DNA of 64,000 nucleotides from Blasia pusilla. Taxonomy: Eukaryota. Numbering within the stretch: the first letter of the stretch is position 1; each line of letters starts with the position of its first letter. The position numbers and the translations under genes are program-made. Location of the stretch: contig CM114271.1 in assembly GCA_050084515.1 (NCBI GenBank), positions 4,030,001-4,094,000 of the forward strand, written 5' to 3'. The notes under the pieces are model-generated. The model was not told where the DNA came from. It saw only the letters and a program-made list of their open reading frames with translations, and did not search any database. This document shows, one piece after another, positions 26,931 through 41,100 of the stretch.

Positions 26931-27049
26931 ACTTGAAGAATTTCTCCCCACGTGACTGTCGAGGTGGTGCATGATTCAATCCTCTATGAAGGTGAACAAT
27001 CTGCCGATCATTATCTCCTGCCACTTCCAGATTTGCTGATGCTGTACTC

Positions 27050-30000
27050 TCATAACAGACTTGTCTCCTTAGGCGATTGACTAGTTGCCAATAATGGCTG
27101 CCTTGACGTTTTAGCCAGTAATTTCTCCAGCTAACAAGACGAAAACGAAGAAGTCAGCCATTTTGCAACAGCATAAGGACTGTTACATGAACTGTGGCGA
27201 AGGCTGAGAAAGATGACACTGAGATTTGAACTGTCACAAGTAAGCTATGAACTACTGATAGTAGGCTGGTTATGGATTTGGGGGAGTTGATGGAAGAGGA
27301 AGTAGTCATCACCTACGTTCAAAGTTAGCGAAAGTTACAGATCAAAAGATGCTTTAGCAACAATGAATAAATGCCCTTGGCGAGGCTAATCTACTGGCAA
27401 TATTTCTCCAAGTTAATAAAATTGTCTCTGTTCCTGAATTAGAGTTTTGAACGTGTGCCGGGATCAAGTTCTCATTGAATTGGCTGCAGTGGACCAGACG
27501 AAGAGGTGGAGAAAAAAGGCACACCTCCACAATTTGCTGCTGTTGATGCTGTCCAAATTGGCGTTCAGCAGATATGGATGCTTCGAGAGACGCCAATTGC
27601 AATTCCATCTCCTTCACAGCCTCAGCTAAGCCTGTTTGAGTGTGGGTTCCTGACATGCTGTGTTGCCTGGTACTTAATAATATCCTCAATCTTTCATCCT
27701 TTATTGAGGATTCTCCATCATCATTTACTCCCACTGTGACCTGGCTATTGCTCCTGCTCTCTTCTGTCGTTTGATTTTCAAGCCAAGGCCTGCCAAACGT
27801 GGTTTTCAGTGCCGGGTCATGCACTAGACTCTCATAAAGCGACCCATCAAAGTTCGGCATGGTACTGCATATATGAAGCTCTCACAATGTCTCTATGATC
27901 GATAATAGCACGGGAAGGGTGTGTGAATGTACTTAATAACTAGGAAGAAGGCAAGGAAGACTGATCCGCTGATTCCCAAAGACTCTGATGCCCATTGGCC
28001 CATTGCATACGTCGCTTGTGCAGACTCCTTCAACCCTGAGAATACCTGCGCATTCAGAGACGTGATATCCATGAATTGCACACGGATGTGATCAACTTAT
28101 CATCAGAACAATGCTACTGTGGAATTCGACGAACTGATGCAAGTTGAGGACTTCGATAAAGATTCTTGAGGAGAAAACGTACCAACCAGCCAGCTGCTAA
28201 AGTCAAAGCACTTTTTGCAGCTGTTGGCATGACCAATCCCATCACTGCGACGACTTGTTCACCGTCGACACGTATCCCAGTTTGAGGAGCTTCAAACTTC
28301 GGCAAGGAAGTCAGGACGATGTTAGGAACTACAGCACGCACAGGCACTTCTGCAGACTCGTGAGATCTCTTTCTCTTGAGATGCTCCAATGATGGAAGTG
28401 TGGGATTTAATTTGAAAGTGGGTAGGTTGATAGAGAAGCTCCTGAAGAATCGGTGATTCAACGCTTCCTCTGCTGTAGGGCGACTGCTCCCAAGACCTGT
28501 CACATTGACCTATTAGTCGACATCCATAATACAAGTCCAACAAGTCCACCTAATCAATGCCAATTATTACAAAAGTAGGGAGTTGAAGTTGTTGGGCAAA
28601 AGGACAACGGTATGACATAGGTCAGGCAACCATGTCAAGCCCTTTAAGAGTATTCAAACAAGAAGTGTCCCTAGTCAGATTGGAACATCAATGTCTAAAA
28701 TTAGACAAAACAGGGGGTGGTTGATATGGATAAAGATCACACTTGGCCATATGGAGAAATGTTTGTCATGTCTTGGTTGAAGCATGGCCCTCACAAGTTC
28801 CCAACCAGCACCACCTGCATATTAGTCATGAGAACAAAGACCCATCAGATCTGCCAGAATAAGGTAGCCAGGGTCCGATTCCACAGCTGAAGGCTACAAG
28901 TCTCTCCAGCATGACTTGACTGTATGACAGGATAGACTTTTAGTGCACAGGGCTCAGAATGTCGGATAGAATATCTACTATAGGCCTTGACAAGCCCAGA
29001 GCATTGCGTACCATCAGCGTCAAGAAGAGAAAACTCTTCGTCATGGAAGCGACACTTTTTCCTCCAAGCATCCAAGTTATGTCCGGCACGCTTCAGTTCT
29101 GCATTGAAAGATTGCTTTGAAGGCCACAGTACAAAATTGTTTCTAAGTTAATCAACTGCTTCCATGATGGCACTAGAAATTCCTATCAGAGAGAGTAGTG
29201 AGTGCAAAACAGAACGGGATCTCCCACGAAGCCTTCAAACAAGACTACCCGTTCAGACCCATAGTTTTCCAGTCTCAGCATTGAGATTCATAGGCGATTT
29301 AAGTTATTCTCAGATACACACCAGACCAATGTCTTGCCGCAAGGGTCTGACAGCCATCTGCAACAAAATCAAACCCTGCAAGCAACATCCGATGTTTCAG
29401 TGCCCAAGACCGCCACTACCTATGTCTTCAATGGCCCAGTTTGACAAAATAGGGATTAAGCTTTCATTTAGATGGCAAGACAATCTTCGAAGCATCAAGA
29501 ATCTACTTACTGCTGAGTAGAGATCGAAACGATCAGGAGTATTAAGTCGCCAAACCAAGGGAGAAATTAATGAGCACAGCGGTTCAGGTGGTAGATGTGG
29601 CGTGGAGGTCGGCATAATATGATGTTCGGGAGCTGCATAGGTAGGGTCAATGATAGTTTCATCAGGAACCTGCCATGACGACGAGAGTTCGGAGCATTAG
29701 AAGTTGCAGTGCAGTGAAGGGCTTTGGCGATCACCAGAACAAATGTCAGCTGTCATTTTAGATATCACCAACAAACAAGCCATTGGATGAGAGTATGAGG
29801 GAGATGAACATGGAGTGGTTAAGGCCACTAAAAATTGCAGCCAATCATCTGAAGATCATTAACCCACATAGTTGTAGCCTGAACGGATATCAACAGAAGC
29901 GCCAAGGTCGATAAGCTTGAAGATGCCTTCTTCTTCCGCAAGGATGAGATTCAGGGGCTTCACATCTCGATGCACAAGTCCTGCGGCAAATAACCGAATC

Positions 30001-32630
30001 AATTTTCAGATACTCATGCACTTCACTTCACCGTTCTACTTCGCGCTTGTATCTTCAGCTACAAGTGCGACGGAAGGAGATCAAGAGGCTCTGAAGGCAA
30101 TCTTGGATAGATTTGTACTACCTTTCATTCTTTATCCCCCACAACACTCGCGCATTTCTATTCATCTCACCTGTTTTATGCAGATCACGAAGACTTGACA
30201 GGATTTGGATCATTATTTTTCGAATCACTGCATTTTGTTGCTTAAGATTCTCAGACTTGGACATACTCCGCTCCTTGGACACCTAAACCCATAGATTAGT
30301 AAATGTTAGACAGTCCAAGACTTGGACTCCAACTTGCAACAAAACTGAGGGCACGCCAAGAAGAAGAAGATCAGGAAGCACCACCACATGTAACTACATA
30401 ATTCGTTAGCATGCTCTATGGCTATCTTGGTCCATCGCAGTGATTAAATCGATTGTACACCACGTGTAATGTGCAAACTGAGGACTGAGACATTCAATGA
30501 ACATGTGCTTAAGTAGAAGACCATCACTGGTCGTACTCGCGCACCTTGCTTCCAAGAACAAACTCGGCGACGTTATCAGGGAAGTTCCTTTGCTTCAAAT
30601 AGTAGTCCAGGGTACGGGCCCCTTCATATCGCCAGATCAACCACGTACCCTGAAAAGCGCAAGCAAATCGAGTGCCATATAAGTTACTCTTCGATTCACT
30701 GGAGTCCAAGGCTTTGAGAATCGCCACGATGAACTAAAAGGTGAAAGATATGGCACCTCGGTTAGTCTCCCGCGAATCTGCGAATGGCTTACTTCTGTCG
30801 TCCCTAGAAATTCGGCACACGAGCTATGGGCTGTCCTCTGCAGGCATGGAGGTACATAACCATGGAACGTTTCTCCCGTTAGTAGCTGCCAAGGGGGAAG
30901 GTGAAACAGCGAATGAAACAAGGAATCTTTTGGTGTGATGGGCAATGGAATGCCGTACCTGCACTCTGCGATTCATGTAAACTTCTGCATCTTGCATATC
31001 ATGAGCTCCTCGAATGCGCGGCTTGACCTTCTTCAAGACCACGTGCAGTTCCTTATTCTGCGACCCCTTCCTCTTGCCTAGCGAGAATAGAAGCGAAGGG
31101 CACAAACAAGTGTTTTCATCAGCAGTCAGTCGACCCCAAGATCTCCTCTGGAAATTATCGGCAGATTCATTGACAACACCTGTATCCCATGGGAAATTAG
31201 ACATACCTCTCCCGATGTACCCTTCATACACAATGCCAAAAGACCCTTGCCCTATTTGCTTTCCGACTTCGACCTCCTCTGCGTCGTAGGAACTGCCACC
31301 AAAAACGTTTCGTCAAAGAGTGATTTCATCAAGTTCGAAATCAGAGGAGCGCAGGTGCATTCGATATATGAAATTCCATTATTCCCATCTGCAAAGATCT
31401 TTTTTGCACTTCGTACACGTTCTAAAGCGGTGCATGTTGGATTAAATAGAGATTAAAAAAAGGCGCAATTCGTGTGAGCGCAATCGAATTATTCTGACAA
31501 GCGGATCGATAGGGGCCGCTAGTAGAGGACGTACACGTCGTAGTGCGAGTGCACTGGAGCGTAGGCGAAATCCACAAGGCCCATTAGGCTCCCAGGAGCT
31601 GCGAGGAAGTACCATAGAGCCACAGGCACTGCGGTGACCGCCCACCAAATCGTACTCTGAGAAGAATAATACACAATTGGATCAGGCACACGAGACTCCG
31701 ACGAAGATCTTCCCAGAAAATGGAACTGCTACGAAGTCACAGCTGCGGTCGCTTACCTCCGCGTTGGCGGGCAGAGGAAGGCCCAGCGCTTCCGCGTTTT
31801 GAAGCAGGTCCACCTGAAGCTGCGCGAGCGCATCGTAAACTTCTGTGCTTAACCTGCCTCCCACAGACGCAACCGTCAATACAGTCAGCGCGCCACCCGG
31901 GAGAAAAAATTGAGCAAGTAAAGGAGACGGTCATTCCAACTCTTCTTCGTGTGAGTTTGATCTTCTTTTCGCGTGTGCTTCTCTAGGACACTTTCGAATT
32001 TTCGGTAGACGGATGATCAGGAAACTCCCGAATCATTAGCATCATCGCCTCCCAGTTGGTAGACACTCTTGGTCCGAGGGATTCATTGAAAGTTGACTCG
32101 GAGTTCGACGCTACAGATTCAGAGACTCCGCACAACCTCACGCGTGGAGATGGAGATTCGGCGGACTGCACAATCTACAATTTCCACGCGCTTCGACAAT
32201 CCTTAGATTTGAACTCAGGCGGAGAGCTCGACTGAGTGGTGGTGAACAGCACACAAGCCAACCTCGAACACGTTCCCAAGAACGGCAGCAATCCAGAGAA
32301 CGTTCCTGTCATTGCTCTACTTCCATGCGTTGTTGTTGGGTACTTGCTTCGAGATTTTCGACGTCTGTTCGGGAGCATTTCATGATATTTGAATGAGACT
32401 CACACGAGATCTTGGTAAGAAAAAGCGTACCCGCTGGAGAGAGCGGGCATTTGAGAAATGCACTTTCGAATCAGACGGCTCTGGAGATTACATGGGCGGG
32501 ACGGTTTGCGATTTTTGAGCGCGCTGAGGGAGGAAGGAGCAAGGAAAGCGGAGTGCAAAGGCGGGCAACTGCGGGGGACTGTAATGGGATGGGACAAAGA
32601 GAATCTCAAGTCAGTAGTGAGCGCAGCCAT
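27050..32630 (-). CDS. STN7/STN8-family chloroplast Ser/Thr kinase, 17 exons, 756 aa as reconstructed
   Basis: Exons with GT-AG introns and consistent phase: 32630-32431, 31853-31757, 31656-31535, 31292-31207, 31077-30959, 30837-30757, 30649-30545, 30282-30171, 29980-29868, 29669-29511, 29375-29322, 29114-29012, 28814-28743, 28496-28183, 28045-27933, 27864-27525, 27130-27050. Transit peptide, N-terminal hydrophobic helix (LWYFLAAPG), GQGSFG, VVLKK, HRDVKPLN, DLG, YAAPE, PDRFDLYSAGLILLQM. Confidence 0.9.
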
Positions 32631-34694
32631 CGCCACAGCTCTCGGACTGCTCTTCTTCCCTGATCTCTTGAATCGTCTTCCCTTCCCTTCCCTTCCCTTC
32701 CCCTCTCCTCTCCTCTCCTCGACTCCCCTCACTTTCCGCGACGGTATTCACCAAACCACACGGCTTCCTTTCACTTCTTCGGTAGATTCAACCACACCTG
32801 GGATATCTGTCTCGCAAATTCCCGAGACGTATGCTGCTGCTCTTCGTCTCCTGCTCTACATCTATCCCGCTGCTCTTCAACAACCGAGTCTCTCGCCACG
32901 TAAAACCACTCCCTCCACACGCACCTACGCGCCGCGCTCTCCTTGGCCTCAACCACGCACCAATGATCTCGACAGCCTACCAGTGAAATCTGCGATTCCG
33001 CTGGCCTTCGAAGGTTCTTATCCTCTTTGAATTTCTTATTAGCTTCTTGACGCCTCCGCAACAGGTCTCTCCTGTCGTGATAGCGCCTTCGGCATGATCT
33101 CTCTCTCTCTCGTCCACCACTAAAAGCACAACAAACCGTTGGCAAATGCTGGTCCAGAATGAAGACCACTTGAGAATTTTCGTTGACTGCTTCCGAGTAT
33201 GGGATGGCAGAGCAGCGAAAGCAGCTGAAATTCCTTGGACTTTTCCCGGCGTCCTTCCACCAATCCGCCCTTCTTTAGAACTCCACCATAGGCTTTTACG
33301 AGTCGCAGTGCGCGCTACACGAACCTCCCACTACCCGCACGAAATTCCTTGGCAACTTGCGCTCCGCATTGTCCGCATTCCATCGCCGATTTTTTTACCG
33401 TGAGGAGTCCGTCGTCGGATTTGGATCATCCCGGTGGGTAGCCGTCGGCTTTTTACTAATTCCACATGAGATACGGCCGGATATTGGCGGCCTACTCTCA
33501 GATCGCGCAGCTTTTGGCTGCTAGTTAACGTCCACGACTCAGTTTTGCCTGAATTGGAATCCAGGGCAAGCCGCGCGGGAACGCATGTACTAGGGCTTGG
33601 TCGTTGGGGGCCTGAGAGTGTCAACTCTGAAGGGACAAGGGAGGGGTGGCGAAAGCTCGCGATTGGCGAGGGCGAATCAATGAGGGGCGATGGAGGGGGA
33701 TAGTAGGGTGTGGGAGGACGGAGGCTCTCATTTGCAAGCCTCTGCCTAAGTTGTTTTCACGGTGTTTGAGAGTTTCGTCGGGACTCGATGGTATCTTGCA
33801 TTCTGTGTGACTCATCCGGACTAGAATGTGTCTTTGTATTGTGCGCTGAATTCCCGTGATTCTCTTTGCAGACTCGCTGCATGCTCACTTTGCTGGGACT
33901 CTTTGGAGTTCTGCACATTGCACAATGTAGATTGGATTCCTCACGCTTTCTCATAGTTGGGCCCGCGGGACAGCCACTGTTATAGTGCATTTTTTTCCCT
34001 TTAGTTAGCTTTACATCATTTGATTACTGGTTGAGGCATGTTGTTCAGGAGAGCTACTTTAGTTCTTGCTTGTATGCTCCATCTATGAGCTCATATCGTT
34101 GCATTTCCGCTATTACATTAAGTGTCACCTTTCTTTTGTGACAATAGTTGTAGCTATGCAATTGCAGCTTCGCTAAACCCGCCTATCTTCATTGCTGGAT
34201 TTTTATTCTGTTAGTTGTGCCCTGCAAATATTCTTTGCAAAGTCCGCTTTAGCTCGAGTGTTTTACATTTCTTGCCACATCTCTTTCATCGTGACCGTAG
34301 TTGTAGAGGAGGCTGGTTGGTTCCGCCCTACCTTGCTGTAAGCTTGAGTTTGCGTATCCTGCTCACGGATTGAGCTTGATGTGCACTCTAGAGGCTGATG
34401 TGTGCATTTCCTTCGACTTTTGATTATTGCTCATGCCGATCTACCTACACTAGTTTTAGTTTTTTGGATAGGTTGGAAGATATTTAGGAACCACCTGATT
34501 GTGAACCCTTCACCAGAATGCAGAGGGGGCATTTTTACATTTTCGTTCTTTACAGGTTCTCTTGACCTTCTTTACCATATGGTCCGTAGGCTGTACGCCC
34601 GTTTAGGTTAAAGTTTTTTGGCTAAGCTTTTCTTTTTCCTAACCTCATTCTGTCCAATTAGGGAAGGGGGGTGGGGGAGATCTACCATCCTTAC

Positions 34695-36281
34695 ATGGCC
34701 AAGAGACGGAGAACTATGAGTGAGATATTAAATAAGGACCGCAACCAAGATTTTTCAGAAGAGACAAGTAGGTCGGGTTCATCAGATGGGAAGGAAGTGG
34801 ATAGAAACAACGCACCTTCAGTAAGCATGGTTGAAAAGAATCAAATAGCGTGGAAGGACATGTAGTATTTGTTCTTTGATTGGATAGAGTTTCATGTAGA
34901 AAGTGTAAGGATTTTATGTAAAGTTTGTGGACAGGGGAAGGGATAAAGTTCCTTTGCAAGGGATGATGCCATAAACTGCAAGGTTTTGGCCTTTATACAT
35001 CATGGCAAATCAAACGAGCACATGAAACCCTCATGGGTTGCTAATATAGGGAACAGGTCTATGGCCAAGGCCATAGCCACTACTAATCGGACTTGTGATA
35101 TAGCTTTATTGATTTTATTTAAGTGTGCTTATTCCATTGGAAAGGAAGCCCGAAATTTTTAAACTTTGTGAAATTTCCGAATTTGTGTAAGCTTTTGATT
35201 TATGTGAATGCCCCGATCACGAGAGAATTGTATGAAGATGAGAAGAGTTGTGTGCTGATACATGCTATTACATCAGCCAAGTTCTTCTCAAAAGGATCCT
35301 TAGTAGAGTGCAAAAGTCTCTTTTTTTTGAATCATGATTGATGAATCGATTGATATCAGCGTAACAGGGCATTTAGTTGTATTTGTGATTTACTTAGAAG
35401 AAGGTCAACTTGAAAGTTCATTTTTAGGGTTGACAGCATGTCCAAAGAAATGCTCAAATGCCATTACCAATAACCTTTTGGAGTTGATGAAGGACTCGAG
35501 ACTAGAGACTACAAAGATGGTTGCTTTTGGGTCTAATAGAGCCTCAAAGATGGTAGGGAGTCGAAATGGGGTAGCCTCGTTGCTAAAGCAGAGGGCAAAT
35601 CTCTTCTTGCTATATGTTCATTGTATTGCGCATAGAACCAATTTGGCCGCTTTGACAACATCCAAAGGACCGACTTGCAAGGATACATCAAGAGAACTAG
35701 ACTCCATTTTGAATAATATTGTTGGATATTTTAGGAGGTCTTCCAAGAGGAATTGTGCTCTTGCAACCCGTGCATGAGAAGTTCATGACTCCCAAAGGGT
35801 AATGAAGAGGTATCATAAAATTCGTTGGTTATCACGTTGGCAAGCGGTTATTACATTGTGTGACTTATTGGAATAAGTTCTTAGGCATTTCAAGGATATT
35901 TCCCCATCCGAGGATGATGGTAATGCTGCTAATTTGTACAATAGGTTGAGATAATTTCCAATGATCTACCAACTATACTTTTTGGTTGACATTTTGTTCA
36001 CTCTTGCTAATTTGAGCAAAGCTTTCCAATATAAATTCCTTGATGTGAGTACCATTGGAAGTATACTGAATTCTGAAATTTCTTCCGTTACGATGAATTT
36101 CGTTCTGGAAAACCATGACTTAAATGCTTCTATCTTCTCAGAGCATATAGGTTATCATCTTTTGCCTGATTTTGGCCCTTCTGACGGATATTTGAAATGC
36201 ATGCAGTATGACATAAGGGGCCAAAAGTTCCATAGCATCGATATAGTGAGAGATTGGACTAGAAAGGATCTGGAGGCCCCT
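34695..36281 (+). pseudogene. hAT (ZNF862-like) transposase pseudogene, C-terminal part deleted
   Basis: MAKRRRTM, MIDESIDIS, VHCIAHRTNLA and YHKIRWLSRWQA align to the 743-aa transposase; stops and frameshifts; after DLEA the sequence jumps straight to the 3' non-coding region. Confidence 0.92.
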
Positions 36282-36474
36282 CTAGGAGGAAGGAGGGAAT
36301 GGACCCTTTTGTAATACTTAGGAGCTTTGTATAATAAACTTCAAGTATTATGAAGGGGTAGGATCCTTGATTCCCAACTAGTGGGAGCAAGTTTGCATGT
36401 GGACAAAGTCCGTGTCCGTGGATATATCCATGTCCGTGACTTATGTCCGTCCTATCGAAAGACTTTTCCGTATG

Positions 36475-37487
36475 TGTCGCGCCCCTACTCTCCTTGAACG
36501 TCAATCTTTAGTGTTGCGGAAGCGTGCGTTCACTAGGTCACGAACTCATCACGAACTCATCGCCGATCTGCACCCAAACACGCATTCTCGTTAGTCGGGT
36601 TTGGGCCAACCGGCGTTCCGACCCACCGAGTCCTCAACTCGGCGTCTCATCAAGCTCAACCTTCCTTAGTTCCTAGCTTCCAAAACATGGCAAGTCCTTC
36701 AAGACTTGGAACAGACTTCCTGGTTAGTCCAGGGATCTGAAACGGCCCTTGCGCGCCTAACGATCCCAACTGTTCAACGGTCCTCGGGTGAGTTCCGAAC
36801 CGAGACCCAAGTAATTGAGTCGCGGTGTGAATTCCAAGAGGGATGTCTAAAATCGCCTCAATGGACTTGGTGCAGGTTTTCCAACCCAACGCCCAAACTC
36901 GCGTTCCGTTCCATGCCCTTGAGCCGCCCCGCGGCGCCCAAAGTGGGGTTTGGGTTCCAAGCACTCTCGGAGACCTTCCCCCTTACTAGTACTTCTGGGG
37001 TTCTCCAATAACCCCTCCCCTTTGGGAAAAGAGGGTCGGGCCCTTCATTGTGGCCCTCAACCCGACTCCACTTATAGTCGTTTTTGGGTCGTATCTCGGC
37101 CGCTGCTTATGCGTTTGCAGCGATCTTTGGTGCGTTTGGACCGGCTCTCCATAAGCTTTCCAACGCACCCTTATTTGCTCCAAAAGCATCTCGGCGCTAA
37201 AAGTTATGGCCATAAATACAGTCGGAAACTCTCAAACGCTAGTGGCGTTCCAAATCCGGATCTTCCCTTTGGCAACCCACTTCCTAGACTCGACTTCTTC
37301 CAAGTTTCATTCCGCGTTTGGTCCAGGTTTCTCAGTCGCGACCATAACAACTGAAACGCGACTCCTCGTTCGCGTCTCGTCTCTTGTCTCCTCTTTGAGA
37401 CACTCCAACGCGCAAACCATCTTAACGTGACCCCGCTAATGTTCCGATGTTCCGCTTGGCACTTGTTTGGTCATGAGGGTCGCGACA
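36475..37487 (-). repeat. 3' LTR of the chromovirus
   Basis: TGTCGCG...CGCGACA; nearly identical to 42826-43838. Confidence 0.97.
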
Positions 37488-38178
37488 CTCACCCCTCTTT
37501 TAGAGGTTGATGCCCTCATCAACACAAACTTTTATTATGTCAAGTCTCCTGGGCAGCCTACCCCTTGACATTGAATTGCGTTCTGGTGGCTAACCCGCAA
37601 TTCCTCTTAGTCTCTAGTTTTCGCTTTGCCCCACTTAGAATTATGAGCCTCTCCTCTTCGATAAGCCTGGACTAGTTCCAAGGAACTAACCTATCAAATA
37701 AGCTAACTAAGTGTGCAACCTTAGACTCTTTCGACTCATTACTGTAAACATCACACCTGTTTACCTGGTCCACAAATCGTACTACTATTGGGTTGCTCTC
37801 GTATTCGACTTAGGCGCGTCACTAAGTTTACTTATGTGGCCACAAGTAAGATCACCCCAAGCCCCAAGACAGACTTCATCTGCCCCGCCGACGCTAGGGC
37901 GAGCCCGAGTGTAATCCAACACAAGGTCCTGTTCTAGGTGCTTATCCACATACAAGCTCTCACCTCAAATACTCCTTGTCTGTCCTCTTGTCGTACATTC
38001 TAAGCCTATGATGAACGACTCATAGCCATGCACTACCACATACAAATTGCAATCAACACTGGTATCGAATCTCCAAATCCATACACTCCTTTATTGCAAC
38101 ACTAGCATATTCTAGTTACAACGGCCTTCGGCCCAAGATTCCACTGGTTACAAGTCATGTCTATAGCTTCTCCTCGTA

Positions 38179-41100
38179 CTAACGTATGTGCTTCGCTTGT
38201 GTTCGCTTGAAGTCACACAACAACTCTTGCGCGTGTTCCAAATCCGCCTCCACAATCCAAGTCGCCTCCATCACATGGTAGCCCTTCCATTTTACCAAGT
38301 ATTTATACTTGTTGGCCCGACGCCTCGAACGTAAGATGGTCTCCACCTCAAACTCCGGCTCTTCATTTACGATGACCGGGTGCGGTCTCACCACCTGTCT
38401 CCGCTCGAAACGTCCATTATCTTGAAGATATTTCTTCAACAATGACACATGAAAGGTCGGGTGAATCTTGAACTCGTTTGGCAGCCTCAACGTATACACA
38501 TCCTCTAACGGGTTTGCCACAATCACATATGGTCCAGCATACTTGGCAGACAGCTTCGCAGACAACTCTTTCGGAAGAGTGAGATTCTTTACACTCAACC
38601 ACACTTGTTCTCCAACTTGGAATCGTACTTGGCGCCGACTCTTGTTAGCATGCTTAACGTACCTCATTTGAGCCTTTGCAAGACTTCGCCTCGCGCGCTC
38701 TTCTTGTTCTCACATCTCTACCAACAAACCTTCTGCCGTCGCTTGTCGTGTTCGTGCCAATGTAGTACCCTTCGAAAGGGCTAGATCAAGAGGCCCTTCT
38801 GGCTCTCGTCCATTTGCCAGGAGAAACGGAGATTCTCCAGTTGCAGAATGCTTGGTTGAGTTGTAGCAGTATTCCGCCATGCTCACCACTGACCCAATCG
38901 CGTTGATCAAAGATCGACATAATTCCTTAAATCTTGATTCACGATAGAGTTTACCTTTTCATCGGTCCATCCGTCTATGGGTGGAAAGCCGTCTTGAAAC
39001 TCAGCTTGGTCTTAAACCTTTCGAACAAGTGCTTCCGAAAGCAACGGTAAACTTTGATCCCGATCTGAAACAATGCTCCTCGGCAAACCATGAGCACGCC
39101 ACCAGCTATCGAGGAATAGTTGCGTTGCGGAATCCACCGTCGCACGAATCTCACCAACTTGCTAAACCGATCAACAATCACAAGTATAGCGTTGTATCCT
39201 CAGATTCGGAAGACTCGTGATGAAATCCATACTCACACTTTGCAAGGGTCCTTCGGGATCGGCAAGGGATGCAGCAAGCCCTGTTTCTTATCATAAGAGA
39301 CTCTATTCGCTTGGCAAGTCACACTGGTCTTCACATATTGAGCAACATCCTCTTTCATGTTGGGCCAAAAGAACCGCCGACCACAGCTAGCGAGATTTCT
39401 CTCCTTTATGTCCGCCAAGGGCCCGTCGTGACATTCCGCTAACACCTTGGTTCGCATCCTGCCTTGCCCTACATAGATCCTACTCTATTTGAACCTTAGT
39501 AAACCGTGCCTCAAACTTATGTTGGCCACCTTCTCACCCTGCTTCAACTTCCCCAGGTATACCCCTGCTTGAGCATCCTTCATATATCCTTCACGAATCC
39601 GTCTTTCCAGATCTATTTCCTTAGGGAACATTGCTCTCAAGACCTGTGTCGTCGACGGCATGTGTTCCTCCTTGCGACTTAACGCATCTGGAATCACATT
39701 ATCTTTACCTGGCTTATGAATCAACTCAACATCCATCAGCGCCAAGGTATCATGCCATCGCAATTGTTTTGGTGTCACTCGATCCTGGGTCTCAAAATAC
39801 TTGAGTGATATATTATCGGTGAATACTCGAGTCCGGTGGAGCCCTAGATAATGCCGCCACTTCCTCAAGCAATGTACCACCGCGAACAACTCTTTCTAGT
39901 GAGTAGGCCATCTCCTTTCAATATCGCTAAGCTTCTTGCTCTCATATGCCACCGGTCTCCCTTCTTGCACCAACATTCCTGCAACCGCGAAATCACTAGC
40001 ATCGGTATGCACTTCGAACGGTTTGTCGAACTCCGGCAGCTTTAACACTGGTTCTGCGATAGAATCTGCTTCACTCGGTTGAATGCCTTATTAACTTCTT
40101 GGGTCCAAGTCGTGTTGGCAAATTTTGCTGTCCAATCCGTGAGAGGTCTCACAATTCCCGAAAAGTTTTTCACATAAGTACGATAAAATTGCACCGCACC
40201 TATGAACCTCCTCATCCCCTTTACAGTGGATGGGGGTTCCCACTCGGAAATCGCCTTTACCTTTTCCATGTCTGGACTGACGCCATCTGCACTCACCACG
40301 TGCCCCAAGAATTTGATCTTTCTCAAACCGAATTCGCTCTTCTCTACATTCGTATATAGCTGATTTGCCCTTAGCTTAGACAAGACCGCTCTCACATGTC
40401 GAAAGTGCTCCTCTAGTGACTTCGAATAGATAAGTATGTCATCGATATAGATGATAACATACTCATCCATTTCCTTGTGAAAAATGGAGTTCATCAATGT
40501 GGTGAACGTTGGAGGCGCGTTACATAGACCGAAAGGCATCACTACAAACTCAAAGGAACCGTATCTCGTCCTGCACGTAGTCTTCTCCACATCCGCCTCG
40601 GCAATCCGATCTGGTAATATCGACTTCAAGTCAATCCTACTGAAATATCTCGCGCTGCCGACCTATCAAAGAGATCATCTATCCTCGGAAGAGGATAATT
40701 GTTCGAACCGTCACTTTGTTCGAAGTGCACGGTAATCAACACTGACCTCATCTTTCCATCCTTCTTCTTTACAAAGAGAACAGGTGCTCCATAAGGCAAC
40801 TTGCTAGTCCTAATGTAACCCTTTTCCAAGAGCTCACTTAACTCCTTTTTCAACTCAAGAAGTTCCTCCTGATTCAACCTATATGGTGCTTTTGAAGGCG
40901 GTTGGGAACCGTGTATGATCTCTATCTTATGATCTACGGCTCTATGCGGCGGCAATTCAATCGGAAGCTCATTTGTCAAGACATCCTCAAACTCCTTGAC
41001 CACTTCCTGGAGTGGTTCTGGGACTCCCCTTGAAGCAAAGTGTCCGATCTCTGCGATATCGCTTGTAGCCTCCTCCACTTGTCTCATCAAGCAGAGAAAT

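Noticed and set aside
32771-33169. 132-aa minus-strand ORF upstream of the kinase
   Set aside because: No recognisable family or start context; overlaps the probable promoter and transposon edge.
36656-37430. ORFs duplicated in both chromovirus LTRs
   Set aside because: Identity only reflects LTR duplication; no evidence of coding constraint, unlike the ORF at 4841 and 5871.
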